Part shown: positions 1 through 13,106 of the stretch, piece after piece
Layout of the letters: the number at the start of each line of letters is the position of its first letter
Position numbering within the stretch: the stretch's first letter is position 1
NCBI GenBank assembly: GCA_002633005.1
Contig: NMRA01000311.1
Location: 324,531-388,530 of the forward strand
Source: Phoronis australis
Lineage: Eukaryota; Animalia; Phoronida
DNA: 64,000 nt
Direction of reading: 5' to 3'
Program-made: the position numbers and the translations under genes
Notes under the pieces: generated by a model
Seen by the model: the letters and a program-made list of their open reading frames with translations, nothing else
Databases searched by the model: none
Told to the model about the DNA's origin: nothing

Positions 1-227
1 AAATTATAGTTTTGAAGACTGTAACTGTGTTTGCTAATAGAATTCTCCTAATAATTCTCTTGTTCCCAGTTTACTGTTTTCTTAAATCCAGTGTCCTGCT
101 CATTGTTGTATTGCATTGTATTTTATTGTATTGTATTGTCTCCTTACATTTGTGAGCATCGGTACAATGATTCGATTAGGATATGAAACTCTGTATATCG
201 CAGCATGCCATGGAATAGAAACGTAAC

Positions 228-471
228 GACCCATTCCAAAAAAACTGACTTAGCTAAGACAAATCTTAAATTTTAGTACATTTAAAAAAAAATAAATTTG
301 TCTCAAAACCAAATCAAGAAAGAGATCTTAAGTTTGACTTAAGTGTATGACCTACGTTTTTCCTTAATTTTGACTAGCTTTCCAATTGTGGAAGTTTCTA
401 AGTTTGGAAGTTAAGACAAATCTTAGACTTAAGTCAAAAATGAACTTAAGTCAATTTCTTGGAACAGGTCC
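228..471. mobile_element. MITE-like element with imperfect terminal inverted repeats
   Basis: gacccattccaaaaaaactgactta ... taagtcaatttcttggaacaggtc, with a TAAG/CTTA-rich interior. Similar architecture at about 46722-46965 and 17303-17406. Confidence 0.45.
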
Positions 472-519
472 CTGTTGTTTACACAATAAGGAATTCAATA
501 ATCTTCGCTTTTTTACCAG

Positions 520-3500
520 GCTGGAGACCGAGACGGACAATTGTATTCGCAAGTTGGGGAGCCGAGGAGCATGGAATAGTGGGCTCCGTTGAATGGGTAG
601 AGGTAAATTGTATTTTAATAGAGGTAAATTGAATTTTAATACAGAGAAATACTTTTAAGAATTATTTTTACTAGCATTGATATAGTTTATCTGCGCATCA
701 CAGGGCATTGGTGTGTTACGTCTATTTTACTTTTCTTACGAGGCCCCCGGTCTGTAATGAGACTCGTGGTTTGAATTCGGTAGTTTAAATGCGATGGCGG
801 CTTCTCACTAGGCAATGCACAGACACAGTTAGTCACCGAAAAGTTACTTTGTCGTCATATTTCACCAATGAGGAAAGATCGGGTAGATAACTAAATTGTT
901 TATTTACGAGTTACGCGCCTGAATTAGAAATGTTATAACCCCTTAAAAACGAGGTTCGATCTTTTTGGAGTACAAACATTGTACAACTGCACAAAACTGA
1001 TGAGACTATGAGGCTATCTGCTTATGTTGTAGAACTACATAAAGTCCCTAGCCGAAAGGACAGTGGCTTATCTAAATGTGGATATTGCATTAGAAGGTAA
1101 GACGCATGGTAATACAACAACGTTATCGTAAGATGAGACTGAAAATGGACATCTTCACCGAGTGTGACGAAAAGACCCAGTTAACAACATGGCCTATCAA
1201 GCAAGATGCACGTTACCGCTGTTTTGAAAGTTTAGTCGATAAAGTTGTCAAGAACATATAAACCCACCCCCCTTTAAAACAACTTCTGATTTAGGTCCCC
1301 TTACCAATATCAGATTTGTTTCCACTCCCTAACCGGTGGTTCATAATTACGCAGATTTGGGTTTAAAGCGTCACTTAGTGTTGATGTTACAATATTTATT
1401 GCCTAGCTTGTTGGTTACAGGTAACTATTCGTTGAGAGCCAAGGCGACACCGTTAATGAATCACGTGCTGTTTGAAAGTTCCAAAAAGGTGAGCAAGTGT
1501 TATGTGAAGGGGTGAACACAATTTCATGGCCGCGCCTCGAAATTCTAGCTGCATCAATCTATGACTAGCAAACATCAAATCCAAGGGACAATTCTCCACT
1601 ACCTGCACCTCACTTCTCATGCGCACCGAAGGGACTCCCTAACCGGTGACCAAACCCCAGACCTGGACCACGGCTCCGCAAGAGGAACCTGGTTCCCGGA
1701 TATGGACTAGTTATGTGTCACCAGGGTTGCGTTCCGTATACCTAACACACTCGCGAGAATTGTTGTGTGATCACGTGCGTCAGTTATAATGCATGGCGAT
1801 ATCTCGCAAAGTCTTGTGTGATCATGAATTTTCGCGAGTTTCTTCAAGATATACGGAACGCTTGGTCGATATGGAATATTTTCGGCACGTATAATTTTAT
1901 GCAGTTCAGGGACGCGGGTGAATTTGTATAGCGTCAGTGTCCGGGTGAATATTCAAAAAATGCGACAGGTCATTTACAGGTCGTCGATTCTCTCGTTAAC
2001 TGGAATGACCCAATTTTACATTTGAAAAAGATGCACAGAGTAACTATTTTCAGGCAATCATTGGGAATTATACTGTGGAATCACAGTAAACTGATAAACT
2101 ACTCGGAACTAGCGTAGTTCATGATTTAAAGTGGAACTTTCACGCTAATTCCTTATCCCTGTGATTGCTGGGCCAAATCAGTTAGAAAGACAACATATAG
2201 CGACGATGTTAATATGAAGTAGGTTGAAAATTGCGAAATGTTTTTAAAAATAAGCTTTGCGGCAAAGGCGATCCGCCGCAAGTCACTGAACCGTGTCCAG
2301 TAAGTATACCGTGACGTGGTGCTGAGGAATAACACTGCATGATGTGGGCTATGTGAGCCCGCGAGGTACGTCATTAGTGCAAAGGTCACCTATTTGCAGA
2401 ATTTTTTGTTTTCACATTTATAACTTGTCATTTAATACGACTGCGCTTTGTTTAGCGTAGGTTATGCAAAACTAGCGCTGCGTTTAGTTCCTGCTATACA
2501 TTAGCATGGTTACACATAGGAGCATGTAAATATTCCTTTAAGATCAATGAAATTGTGTTTTTAAGCCCTAAGACCTGAGAATTGTCAAGTCAGCGCAAAA
2601 TGCATACAGTTTACATTTTACAGATACCGAATCCAGATCATTCTGAAGTAGAGAATGGCAGAAAAACGGTTTATGATACATGGGCTTTCCGTAAACCGAA
2701 AAAAGGTAGAGACGGAAAAAAACTCGATGTGCCACAGTAAGTGAAAACAATTTGATAGTGATGATGAGGACGAATTCAGGATCAAATTACATTGGTTTTA
2801 GAATTTGTCCGCGCAGTATAAGGACTGACTTTGATACGAATGTTAGGATTTTATTTAACTTTCGGTCCGCAGGGTAGGGTGTAATGGTGCAATGCCATGA
2901 ACCTCATTCGAGTGCCATTTAGAGCAAGCCGGGTATCCTGCATAGGCGAATTTAGGGGGGGGGGCGGGGGGGGGCGCCGCTGCCGGAAAAAATAAAACAG
3001 CAAGAGCGTGAGGAAATATTGCGTTTATTAACTAACCCCGGTAATTAACATGCGGTTGAAACAAAATTTAACAAAGTGTGGAGTTGCGCAATCGGTTTCC
3101 CGTTTTTTTAGTCCTCCACACCATGCAATCATGTGCTTTGCGCGATTCCTGAGCCAAAACGTTGGGCACCCCCCTTATGATATCTTAGATCCGCCACTGC
3201 CCTGCTCTAAGAAATGGCCTTTTCGCAATGAATTTCTGAGAGAAGAGTATCTTTTTCGATTCCCTAAGACCTATTTGCGCAAAGATTTCTGGGAAAAATG
3301 TTGTTCGCAAGAGATTCGCAGCAACGCACCAGGCTTAGTACTGAGTACGGGTGCGATAACCAGAGCGATCACAAGGACATTTCTGTTCAAAAAAAGGTTA
3401 TAGGTTTTGGCTATCACTTGCAGACGTAGTGCCGTGAAAATTAGTAAATGCAGTGTGGTATGGAAAATACTGTAACACTGCGCCACAATCGTTTCTGAAA

Positions 3501-6500
3501 TGATTGTAAAAGATTCTAGTGAAATTGTCTGTATCAATATGATTATTCATTTTCCAAGCAATGTCAGCCGGTCTTTTTGTCCTTTATGTTATTTAGTTTT
3601 CCATTTTAAGTCAAACCAACACCTGGTTTAATTTCAGAAACAGCGCCACGAGCGAGTGTTTTTTTTGAAAAAATCGCTGATGGGTGTAAAGGCATACTTT
3701 CGTAAACAAATTAACTTTTTGAACGCTAGACATAACAGAACTTCATGTCCAAGGAATAATATCACGGTGAAAATTTGTTTTGTCACTCCTCAGCACTTGG
3801 CATTGACAATGATATTTTTTAATATACGGTAACATTTTCATCGTCGCAAACGCCAAAGTTAGAATTCATTCTAAGTGTTCATCTTATCAGCAGATTTTCG
3901 AAAACCCGGATCAGGCAAATATCTTGCTTTGAATAAGCGCTCTTTCGGGAAAGCAGGTACAATTTTTGGATATATCAAATAGATTTTAACGTAGTCCTAC
4001 AACTTTCAATTTCGAAGAAAGTGCTTAATCTGGACGCAAACTCAGGGGTGGGTCCAGCATTTTGAGTTGGGGGNCCCTAAATCTACCACCTAACGAGGAA
4101 GCACGTACATGTATTCATGATTATACACGCACTGCAGGCCAGGCGTGCTGAGCGAACATTGTCCGTTATTCACTGCGTTCCGCAAGCCAAATAGCAGTGC
4201 GCATTTTTTAAATGTTGGGGTGCGCCAGAGCGGCATCATCAATGTCAATGATTGTTTTACTCAGTTGGTTCGCGTATAGGCGAAGGCACCTGATTCCGAA
4301 TATAGGCGTAGCTTCGAATGTAGGACCGGTGCCTAAATATGGGCATCGACCGTAAAAATAAAACGTTGCACTTATCAGTGATGGAATTTTGTAAGATATG
4401 GTGACATTTTAAAAATCTTAGGATTTACACTTTTGATCCTCCAGTGACTTCCCCTTTTCTGAAAGACTAGGCTTAAGCCACTGGGTCGGGGATACCTTGA
4501 TTTTGTTTACTTCTATCACTGCCCGTTTAAAAATGCAACTATTCAAGTCAATGCGGTCGCCGTACTCGCTAAAAAATAAATTTTGCGGGAATTATTGCCT
4601 GTTTATGATACTGTGGCGGCTTCGTGGTGACTTGTAATTTTTCGCAAGTCGCCAAACACAGTCGGAACTCAAATTGGCGACCTGCAGTTCGTCAAATCGA
4701 GCACTGAATACGGACCATTTTGGTTCGAAAAAGTGATGCTACTGGCGAGTATAATTTATTGCAAAAGAACTCTTTTTCATACACGCTGTCCACAAATGGT
4801 CCCTTTTCATGTCCACTCTCTAAAATTGTACTGGTTATCACATTTTGTAAATTGTAATGAATCCACAAAGTTTTCAATCCGATCCCTGCGCGATGATGCT
4901 TAAATAAGACTACAGTGTAAGACATGTTATCCTTGAACACTAGAACCGGACACTCGACAAAATATTAAATCATTTTCTTCAATTCGTTTTCAAAGACAAT
5001 TTCGATATTTTCATCATTTAATAAGGATTTTCTCTCTGTCTTGTGTCTAGGGTTATAACGATTGGATCGGGAAGTGACTATCAAGGATTTATTCAGCTGG
5101 GAGGCATTCCGTCCTGCGACATTAGATATACATTTGATCAGGTGAGTCAATGTCATTTATAATATTATAGTATTTTGCCGTTGTATTCATTATATCAAGG
5201 TTTATATGCGAAAACCCATACATCACAAGTTACTGAACTGTAATATTTTCCCGACGTTGGCGAACCGCCTGGCGTTGACGGCTGACTGGTTTCCATGAAA
5301 ATTACGTCGTAACGGACCTCGAGTCAGGAAACTTAATTCTGACAGGTCGTGTCTGTTCACAAAGGAATACTTGTCTTTCACCCACACAGCCTTCCTGCAA
5401 ACTTTGTCTGTCCGGCACCTCGATGTCCGCAGTCTCGAACGAGTTTCCCGTGTCACTAAGGTGACTGAACACTGTAGACTTAAAACCAATAACATTAGTC
5501 CTGCGATGCTGAGGAATACACTTATGTCAATTGTTCCTTTTCATTCAAACAAAACCAACTTTAATTTCGGTCGTCGACATTCTATTCACATATGTGTTTA
5601 AATAATCTTAAACGGAAATCTTCGCATACTATTTAATGCATGAATATTTTTGTTATAAAAAGCAAACAATATCTTTGAGAAAGTTGTATTACCGGGGATC
5701 AATAACATTCGTATTTCCAGAAGTTGAAGCTATCGTCTTATCCCCTCTACCATTCGGTCTATGAAACGTTTCATTTAGTAGATGAAGTAATGGACAAAGA
5801 TTACAAGGTAAGGTAAAGTTACGGTAATTCTCTCGTTTACGTACGTTCAATATAGGTGACACGTGAAAATCTGTTTAAGTGTTAAATTTCTCGAGAAAAC
5901 TAAAAATTAAGAAAATGTTAGTCTCTCACTAACATGGTTGTAGTATGTATATATGTAATAAAACAACTTTTCGTTAATTATCCATTATTCGCTGTTAAGT
6001 AATCATCCTTTGAAAAATGGAAAAACGATTTTTTTTGTGAGAAATTGAGTTACCGTAATAATGAATACATCAAAACAACCGATGGTTTCAGTGTCACAAC
6101 AATGACGGTTCAACTCGCTGAGCATTTTGCTGTCGTGCGTTAATCGAATGTGTATACATTTTCTAGTCACATTCCTTGTACGACATTAAAACGAGATTTT
6201 TGCAAAACAAATCGTAAGATTGTTGTGAGATGTCAATGATAGTAGTATCATGAACATGGACGAGAGTATGGTGGCGAAACACGCCGCATTCGTGTAACTG
6301 TCGTACGTCTAACACAGGACGATTTCGCAGGGCCTTAGACGAGATAGACAGTACCACCGTCTCTGCTTAGCAGTTGAGACTTCGATGCTCCCATAGGGCC
6401 TTCAAACGCTGAAAGCTATTCGGCGAATTATGTCTCACACTGATTAAACCATCGAAGTCACGTTGCAATAAGTAGTTTTGGGCACAGACGGACAACTTAG

Positions 6501-9500
6501 GAGGCCGTCGATGTCTTCAGTTCCTTCCAACTCGAATGAATAATACTCCCGGAATCAAACTTTTTTCTAGCAGTCCTTCGTTCACTTGACGAAATCGGCA
6601 ACTGGCCATTTTTACACTGCTCACGTCAGGAGATATGACGTCTCTGCTCAGTAGAGACGGTGGCAATGTTTATAGACGACGCTACTTGATTAGCACTGGG
6701 CGGTCCCTTGCGATCAGGAACACTAGATGATGAATTAAGCTTTCGAACGCAGTACTGCTCCACCTCTCCCCCGTTGCCACCAATTCCTCTCGTAGGACCA
6801 CTATGTTGAGGGGTTCCTATCGCTCCAAGTGGGAGCCCCTGTTTCAAGAGTTGCTAAACTGTACGGCAGTTAACTAATGGAAGTACTACAGGGTGTCCCT
6901 TCGCCACTGGGGGCCAGAAAGTTAAGCCTCATTCTCGCTGACAGAACTGCCACTGCGTACATTACATGTAAATGCGCGAAATAATGGTAACTTCGCAATT
7001 CCTTCAGGAGAATATTTCTACTTTGTCTAGTTTGGTTATACAAACATAACTTTTCAAAATGTTAGCAGGATCTTTCTAGCACTGAGTGAAATTGCAACCG
7101 ACTCGAGCGAGTTCGTGAGATAAATCACCACATGTTTTGTAATTTTACGTTTTGGTGTTTCAGTATTTGACCGCTGTGACTCAAATGTGGGCCGAATTAA
7201 CTCGCTTACTAGCTGACGAAGTAATAATACCTCTCGATGTTAACCAATATAGTACCGCACTTCAAGATTTCACCGACAGTTTACTTGACACGTACGGGGA
7301 TAAAATGAAAGAAAACGGATTACAACCTGGGTTAGGTAAGTCCGCTAAACAACTACTGAGAAAGCAATTTGCCGTGGAATGTTGGGTAACGCAAACTTGG
7401 AGTCCAATGTATTAAGGATTTTGTATTTTTTTGCTGCATTTTAACTCTGTTCTGATTACACAGGTTTCCTGCAGAAATCCGTGTCAAATTTTGGAAAAGC
7501 CTGTGAAGATTTTGTGCGCAAGTTGAAGACGGTGAACAAGAAAAAGTAAGTTTTAATTCATTCCAGCTGAAAAATACATGTACATTATCGAGAAATCAGC
7601 TGTTTGGATTTCATATTTTCTCACGACATATTTCATCACTATCACTAAACTCACTCAGAGTTTATCTCTCAAGTCCTCATGTTCTGGTCGATGCACAGCC
7701 ACGTGTAGGTACGAAACACGTTACAACTTTGAATCTACTGTACACACTACTGAATATACTTTCCGAGCATATCCCTGGGGAACAGTCACCAGAAACTTAC
7801 GTACATGTATATTTCAACAAGGGATTTTAAAAAAGCCCCTAAAGGATCCCAAAGGAAATATATTTGTTCAAAACATGACCGTAACATAAATTGATAGTTT
7901 CTTATTTTCACAACCAGAAATGCATAATACCTTAACAGTTTCGGCTCCTATCAGCAACCATCTCCCGAAGTTATCGGACACTAGGACTCCTAGTGTCCGA
8001 TAACTTCGGCAGATAGTTGCTGAAAGGAGCCGAAACTGTCAAGGTATTATGCTTTTCTGGTTGTGAAAATTAGAAACTATCAATTTGTACTCTGCCAACC
8101 TTATGAAAGTATTTAGTGATGACTGTAATACAATGAAATCTCCTACCTTTCACCGTTTGGAACGCAGATTTTCCGGAAAGCACTCGTACATGTAGCTGTC
8201 AATCAGAGATGGCACAAAACATTAATTATGCTTTTCTTTTTAGTCCATTAGCAGTACGAATGGTTAATGACCAAATAATACAGTTGGAACGAGCTTTCAT
8301 TGACCCAAACGGATTACCTGGACAGAAGTATTACAGGTAACAAACAGCCTGTGCTGGCAACAGCGCAGAAAGTGATAACCAAACAGTCGCGTTTTCTCCT
8401 TGAGGTAGCAAATGATTTCTTACCACTGAGTTTGGACGAGCGCAGACGGAAAGCTACGAACTGAGCTAGCTGCATCAAATCAAACCAAGCTCAGTAATTT
8501 CACAGCTTGAGCTCATCACCGCGTGAAAATTGTAAATTAGCGAGACTTGTACATTACAAATCGGATAAGAAAACCGTAACGTACAAAAGATTACCTGTAC
8601 ATGGATGTGAACACGAAGTGATTTCACAGTATGTTGGGATAAAAGTTATGACAACGATGGTATGTGAAAATTGAGCCTCCCGGGTGAACAAAATCGTGAT
8701 TATACTGGAATGAGGGGGATACCTTCTCGTACCAGGAGACAAACATTTTATAGTTCAGGGCCCTAAGAAACTTAAATCGGTTCTGCTCGCTGTTTGCTCG
8801 TGACAATGATGTGAGGTACAAAACTCATATGGGGTAGCGATTTGATGTCGTAGATTTCCATCTGTGCAGGGCTAACTTGCATGTACATATATCTAAAGGC
8901 ATTTTTATTAACCGTGTCCGGCTCACAATAGAATTCACCACTTGGTTTTAAAATGCCTCTTATCCGGCAAAACTTGCTTGTCAGGTTATTCCTCATCAAA
9001 AAATACAAGGCGACATTGGTAATGTAGTGCCCTAAAATTGCTGTATGCTTTTGATTCAATTCACCGTTTATGTTTGCTAAGCTCACTGACGAGGGGGCGT
9101 TTTCGCCGTTCTGTATTTCGTTCATTTGTTGTGCTAAAATAACAATCTACTATGTTAAGTGTTTTCAACATGGTGCATGGTTTTATGGGCTCATGGTGCG
9201 CGGAAGGTGAAATTCGTTGCGGTTTGTATTGAAAACGCACTCAACTAATGAAAGGGTGTGCCCTTATTTGAACTCGTTTTTTCAAGTTATAAGTATGCGG
9301 GGCTTATGGCACTTAGTCGCTCTCTTCAGGAAAAATATCTTTTTCTTACAGACACGTTCTTCTTGCTCCAAGCTCTCACGATTCGTACTCTGGAGCGGGC
9401 TTCCCCGGTCTGAAAGACCTTATGTACAAAATAGAGAAATCGACCAATGCAACAGCTCAGTGGGAGAGAGTGAAGCGCTACCTTTCGGTCATTATCTATA

Positions 9501-9559
9501 CCATCGATTCAGCGGCGTCAACTTTGCTCGACGTCACAAAAATACATAAAACTTTATAA
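520..9559 (+). CDS. Glutamate carboxypeptidase II / NAALADase-like M28B metallopeptidase, 3' part (5' exons lie upstream of the window)
   Basis: Exons 520-602, 1033-1096, 1421-1488, 2624-2736, 5051-5141, 5721-5807, 7164-7335, 7464-7545, 8244-8336, 9352-9559; all AG/GT bounded and phase-compatible. The translation contains [55 protein letters not shown] and [10 protein letters not shown]...FPG, which are FOLH1/NAALAD2-family motifs. Stop TAA 9557-9559. Paralog identity not resolvable. Confidence 0.93.
1730..1861. mobile_element. Short MITE-like inverted-repeat element
   Basis: Ends gcgttccgtata ... tatacggaacgc. Related elements (interior tctcgcgaagtcttg / cacgtg) at about 11135-11257 and 62142-62281. 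Confidence 0.45.
2130..2537. mobile_element. Non-autonomous Kolobok-like DNA element (copy 1)
   Basis: Flanked by TTAA on both sides with AG...CT termini. A diverged homologous copy lies at about 58453-58845 in a NIF3L1 intron. Confidence 0.55.
2941..3199. mobile_element. hAT-like MITE with 5-bp TSD (short form)
   Basis: Starts CATAGGCGAATTTAG, ends TTAGATCCGCCACTG. Flanks tcctg/ccctg. Same ends as 35974-36985 and 52437-53283. Confidence 0.7.
6345..6672. mobile_element. MULE-type MITE
   Basis: Imperfect TIR tagacagtaccaccgtctct / agagacggtggcaatgttta. Flanks tagacgaga / tagacgacg (degenerate 9-bp TSD). The interior is homologous to the arms of 33212-34137. Confidence 0.6.
7888..8086. repeat. 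199-bp near-perfect palindrome, probably inverted Penelope-like terminal repeats
   Basis: Arms 7888-7986 and 7988-8086 are reverse complements around a 1-nt centre (cactagga-c-tcctagtg), with a few mismatches. The palindrome is certain; the Penelope origin is inference. Confidence 0.75.
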
Positions 9560-10137
9560 CTCTCTGCAGCGATAAGACACGAAGTTTAGATTAGAAAGTC
9601 AATCTTTGTTGCTATGACGCTTCAAGAAATGTTTATATACGCTGTACGAATCAAGCGCGCGTTTTATTAAATGTCGCACACCCAGTCGTAATGTACATTG
9701 TCCACATTATCATTCACCAAATTGAAGTACTTTTGTGTCCCAAAATGCATAACATATACACCACAGCCGTTCTGGAGAAATCTTTCGGAGTGGATTCCAT
9801 TCAGGATTGTTGTTTATAATTTATGCTTTAAATATTATACATGAAGCTCTATTTTTAATAAAAGAATTGCAGTGGTTCGCTAATTGTAAATTTGACGCAC
9901 GGTCGAATTTAGCTAAGAAGCGTTGTGTTGTTCTTGCAAAAACCCAATGTTGCCTTCGTAATATGACTCAAGACAGCGTACAGCCCTCACATAATTACTT
10001 TTGGGTGCAGCCTTCAAGTGGAACCTTCTAAGTCAATCAAGCGCAGCCGTTGTGTGTATAGGAACTACATGCAAGTCTTTAAGGGACACTTTACTAGTTT
10101 TTGAATACACATCACGGAACGTTTTAAATTAATGACA

Positions 10138-11053
10138 CCCCCACCACCACCACCCCACTTCCACCGTCAACACCACCATCATCATCCTCAACACTACCAT
10201 CATCATCACCACTACCACCAACAGTTCATCATCATCACCAACGCCACACCACCACCATCATCATCATCATCCTCACCACCATCATCATCATCATCCTCAC
10301 CACCATCATCATCATCCTCACCACCATCATCATCCCCACCACCATCATCATCCTCACCACCANNNNNNNNNNNNNNNNNNNNNNNNNNNNNNNNNNNNNN
10401 NNNNNNNNNNNNNNNNNNNNNNNNNNNNNNNNNNNNNNNNNNNNNNNNNNNNNNNNNNNNNNNNNNNNNNNNNNNNNNNNNNNNNNNNNNNNNNNNNNNN
10501 NNNNNNNNNNNNNNNNNNNNNNNNNNNNNNNNNNNNNNNNNNNNNNNNNNNNNNNNNNNNNNNNNNNNNNNNNNNNNNNNNNNNNNNNNNNNNNNNNNNN
10601 NNNNNNNNNNNNNNNNNNNNNNNNNNNNNNNNNNNNNNNNNNNNNNNNNNNNNNNNNNNNNNNNNNNNNNNNNNNNNNNNNNNNNNNNNNNNNNNNNNNN
10701 NNNNNNNNNNNNNNNNNNNNNNNNNNNNNNNNNNNNNNNNNNNNNNNNNNNNNNNNNNNNNNNNNNNNNNNNNNNNNNNNNNNNNNNNNNNNNNNNNNNN
10801 NNNNNNNNNNNNNNNNNNNNNNNNNNNNNNNNNNNNNNNNNNNNNNNNNNNNNNNNNNNNNNNNNNNNNNNNNNNNNNNNNNNNNNNNNNNNNNNNNNNN
10901 NNNNNNNNNNNNNNNNNNNNNNNNNNNNNNNNNNNNNNNNNNNNNCACCACCATCATCCTCACCACCATCATCCTCACCATTACTATCATCATGACGACC
11001 ACCACCAACAGTTCATCATCACCACCATGCACCGCCACACCACCACCACGACC
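10138..11053. repeat. (CAC/CAT)n microsatellite spanning an assembly gap
   Basis: CAC/CAT triplets flank an N-run at 10363-10945. Confidence 0.95.
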
Positions 11054-11856
11054 AGGGCGTGTTTCTCGTAGAGTCTATTGTCTTCTGCCTATCAGTCTAC
11101 GGATGGCTTAGCCTGTTTCACATAATCAGGATTGAGTTCAGCAGCTGTCTCGGACTTCGAGAAAAATATAGTAAAAATCACGTGCTCTAACTTAAAATAC
11201 ATGGCAATATCTCGCGAAGTCTTGCTTTTCTAGCGAGAATCTAACGTTATTGAACTCTACCCAGGCTAAAGGTCAGAAAATCTGTTTACAATTCTAAACC
11301 ACGAGACAGAAGTCCATAGCCTGCACAGCAAAATACTAAACTTTAAAAGCTAAAAATCAACTTTTTTATAATCTTCGAGAATCAGGCCCCTGGAGTTAAT
11401 TAACCTCAAAGATCTGGGGGCCACAAGTTCATAAAGATAAGGAACATACGATGGCAATACTGATTGGCAAACAAGAGATTATTACACAGATATTTACATG
11501 TTATTTACTAACGACAATCAATGAAATCAATGAAAATTGAGGTGACGAGGGTCCTCAGTGGTGAATAAGCCACGGCCGTATATTTCATAGTAGGGCTACC
11601 AATCTTATAGCTTAGGCCACGAGTACCCTGCAGTCACTTTACAATGCATTACTTTAATCCGAGCTTTAATTTAACATTCTTATCAGCTGTACAGCTTCGA
11701 CTTCGGCATCCGATTCCCATTTCTGCAGATTTCTATTGTCATTTATAATCTTCGACTTAATTTTAATAGGTCATATCCCACGTCACTTGATTCCGACTCT
11801 TTAATAGACAAAGTGACCTCTGCATTAAAGCTGGGGTGTATGAAGGGCAGGAGGGA

Positions 11857-12381
11857 GGGGGGGGGGGGGTTCTCCCACTGAAAAGGTATGCGGGACGCCC
11901 AGAGGGGCAAATTTACATGACTGTTCTTTACGAATCGGTGTTTCCTGACCGCCAAGTTCTGCCTTCGAAAGGGTGCCCTTTCAGGCAAAAGTCCTTACTG
12001 AAGGGTTCACTTTGGGAGTTCGAAACTCTACAAAAGATTTCTTTCTCCAATTACGCAAACCTACAGAACAATTTTGTTTCATATTATCTATGTTTCAAAA
12101 ACTTGTTGCGAGTGATGTGCTCATTTTTGACAATCTCTTTTTGTACAGTTTCGGGCTTAGTAGGTTAAAAGTTCGACTCAGTCCAAAAGTCCATACGAAA
12201 GAGTTAGGTTTATTGAATTACCGCCTTAAAATGTGGTGTTTCCGGAACAAAAGCCTGCGAAAGGATGTCATGGAAGCTCCCGTCAAATAGATCCTTTTTT
12301 ATGTCTGCTGTCTAAATGGGCCCGGTGAGAATCTTGATTTTACGGCTGCATTCCCCGTCAAAATATAGAGTGCCCCCCGGG
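11857..12381. mobile_element. Probable non-autonomous DNA element with poly-G/poly-C termini
   Basis: Starts Gn-ttctc and ends gagtg-cccccc-ggg; no coding capacity. Confidence 0.3.
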
Positions 12382-13106
12382 ACGGCCAGAAATGAACCAC
12401 GGAGGGTGTGGATCGATGACTGGCCACATGCGGGTTTGACGTACCAGAACGCTGACAGATTTTCTCAGATACATTGAGGCAGCGACAAAGATAACAAACA
12501 AATATCGCAAACATCGATTGAGCATTCCGTCCTAAAGGTGTAATATCGTGGTGACAGCGAGTTATTGTGTTTGCACGGCCCAGGACGAGAAAATCTCCCA
12601 AATAAAGCACGTGTCTGTTTCTGAAGTAATTTCGAACCATTTGTTTGCTACAAGTTGATGTGTACAGCTGTTTACATCATCAGTTGTAACATTTACACTT
12701 TGCTATTATAGTTGTTACTTCAGTTTTCTTCTGTTTTAACTCAAGTCAAAATCAAGCCAACTCTCGAATAAAGCACATCATAGCCTTATAAAACCGGTAC
12801 AAATGTCGATGAAAAGGATAAAATATTAAAAATTATGAAGACAATGGCGATTTATTAATTCTAACCGATGTCACGGTGGTGCTGAACATTGTTGAAAATC
12901 AGGAAAGTGTCGGAATGCAGATTTTCCGTCCCGAATCCTGAGCCGTGACGATGCGTCGTTTCAGACACACGAGTTTCCCATACAAAAATTCGGACGGAAG
13001 AGCGAGCGAGAAAGAGGAAGAGAAAGAGGAGAAGTCTGGCTAAAACATAGTGTTTTCCCCAGTCTTTTTCTGTTTATGGGTTACACCTGTGAAATGGAAC
13101 CGTAAG

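Noticed and set aside
4422-4500. Possible duplicate NAALADase exon (SSDF..ERLG-like)
   Set aside because: It needs a frameshift and has no donor; the true GSGSDY exon is at 5051-5141. Likely chance.
10132-11038. His/Ser/Pro-rich and Met/Val-rich long ORFs
   Set aside because: These are translations of a trinucleotide microsatellite and an N-gap.
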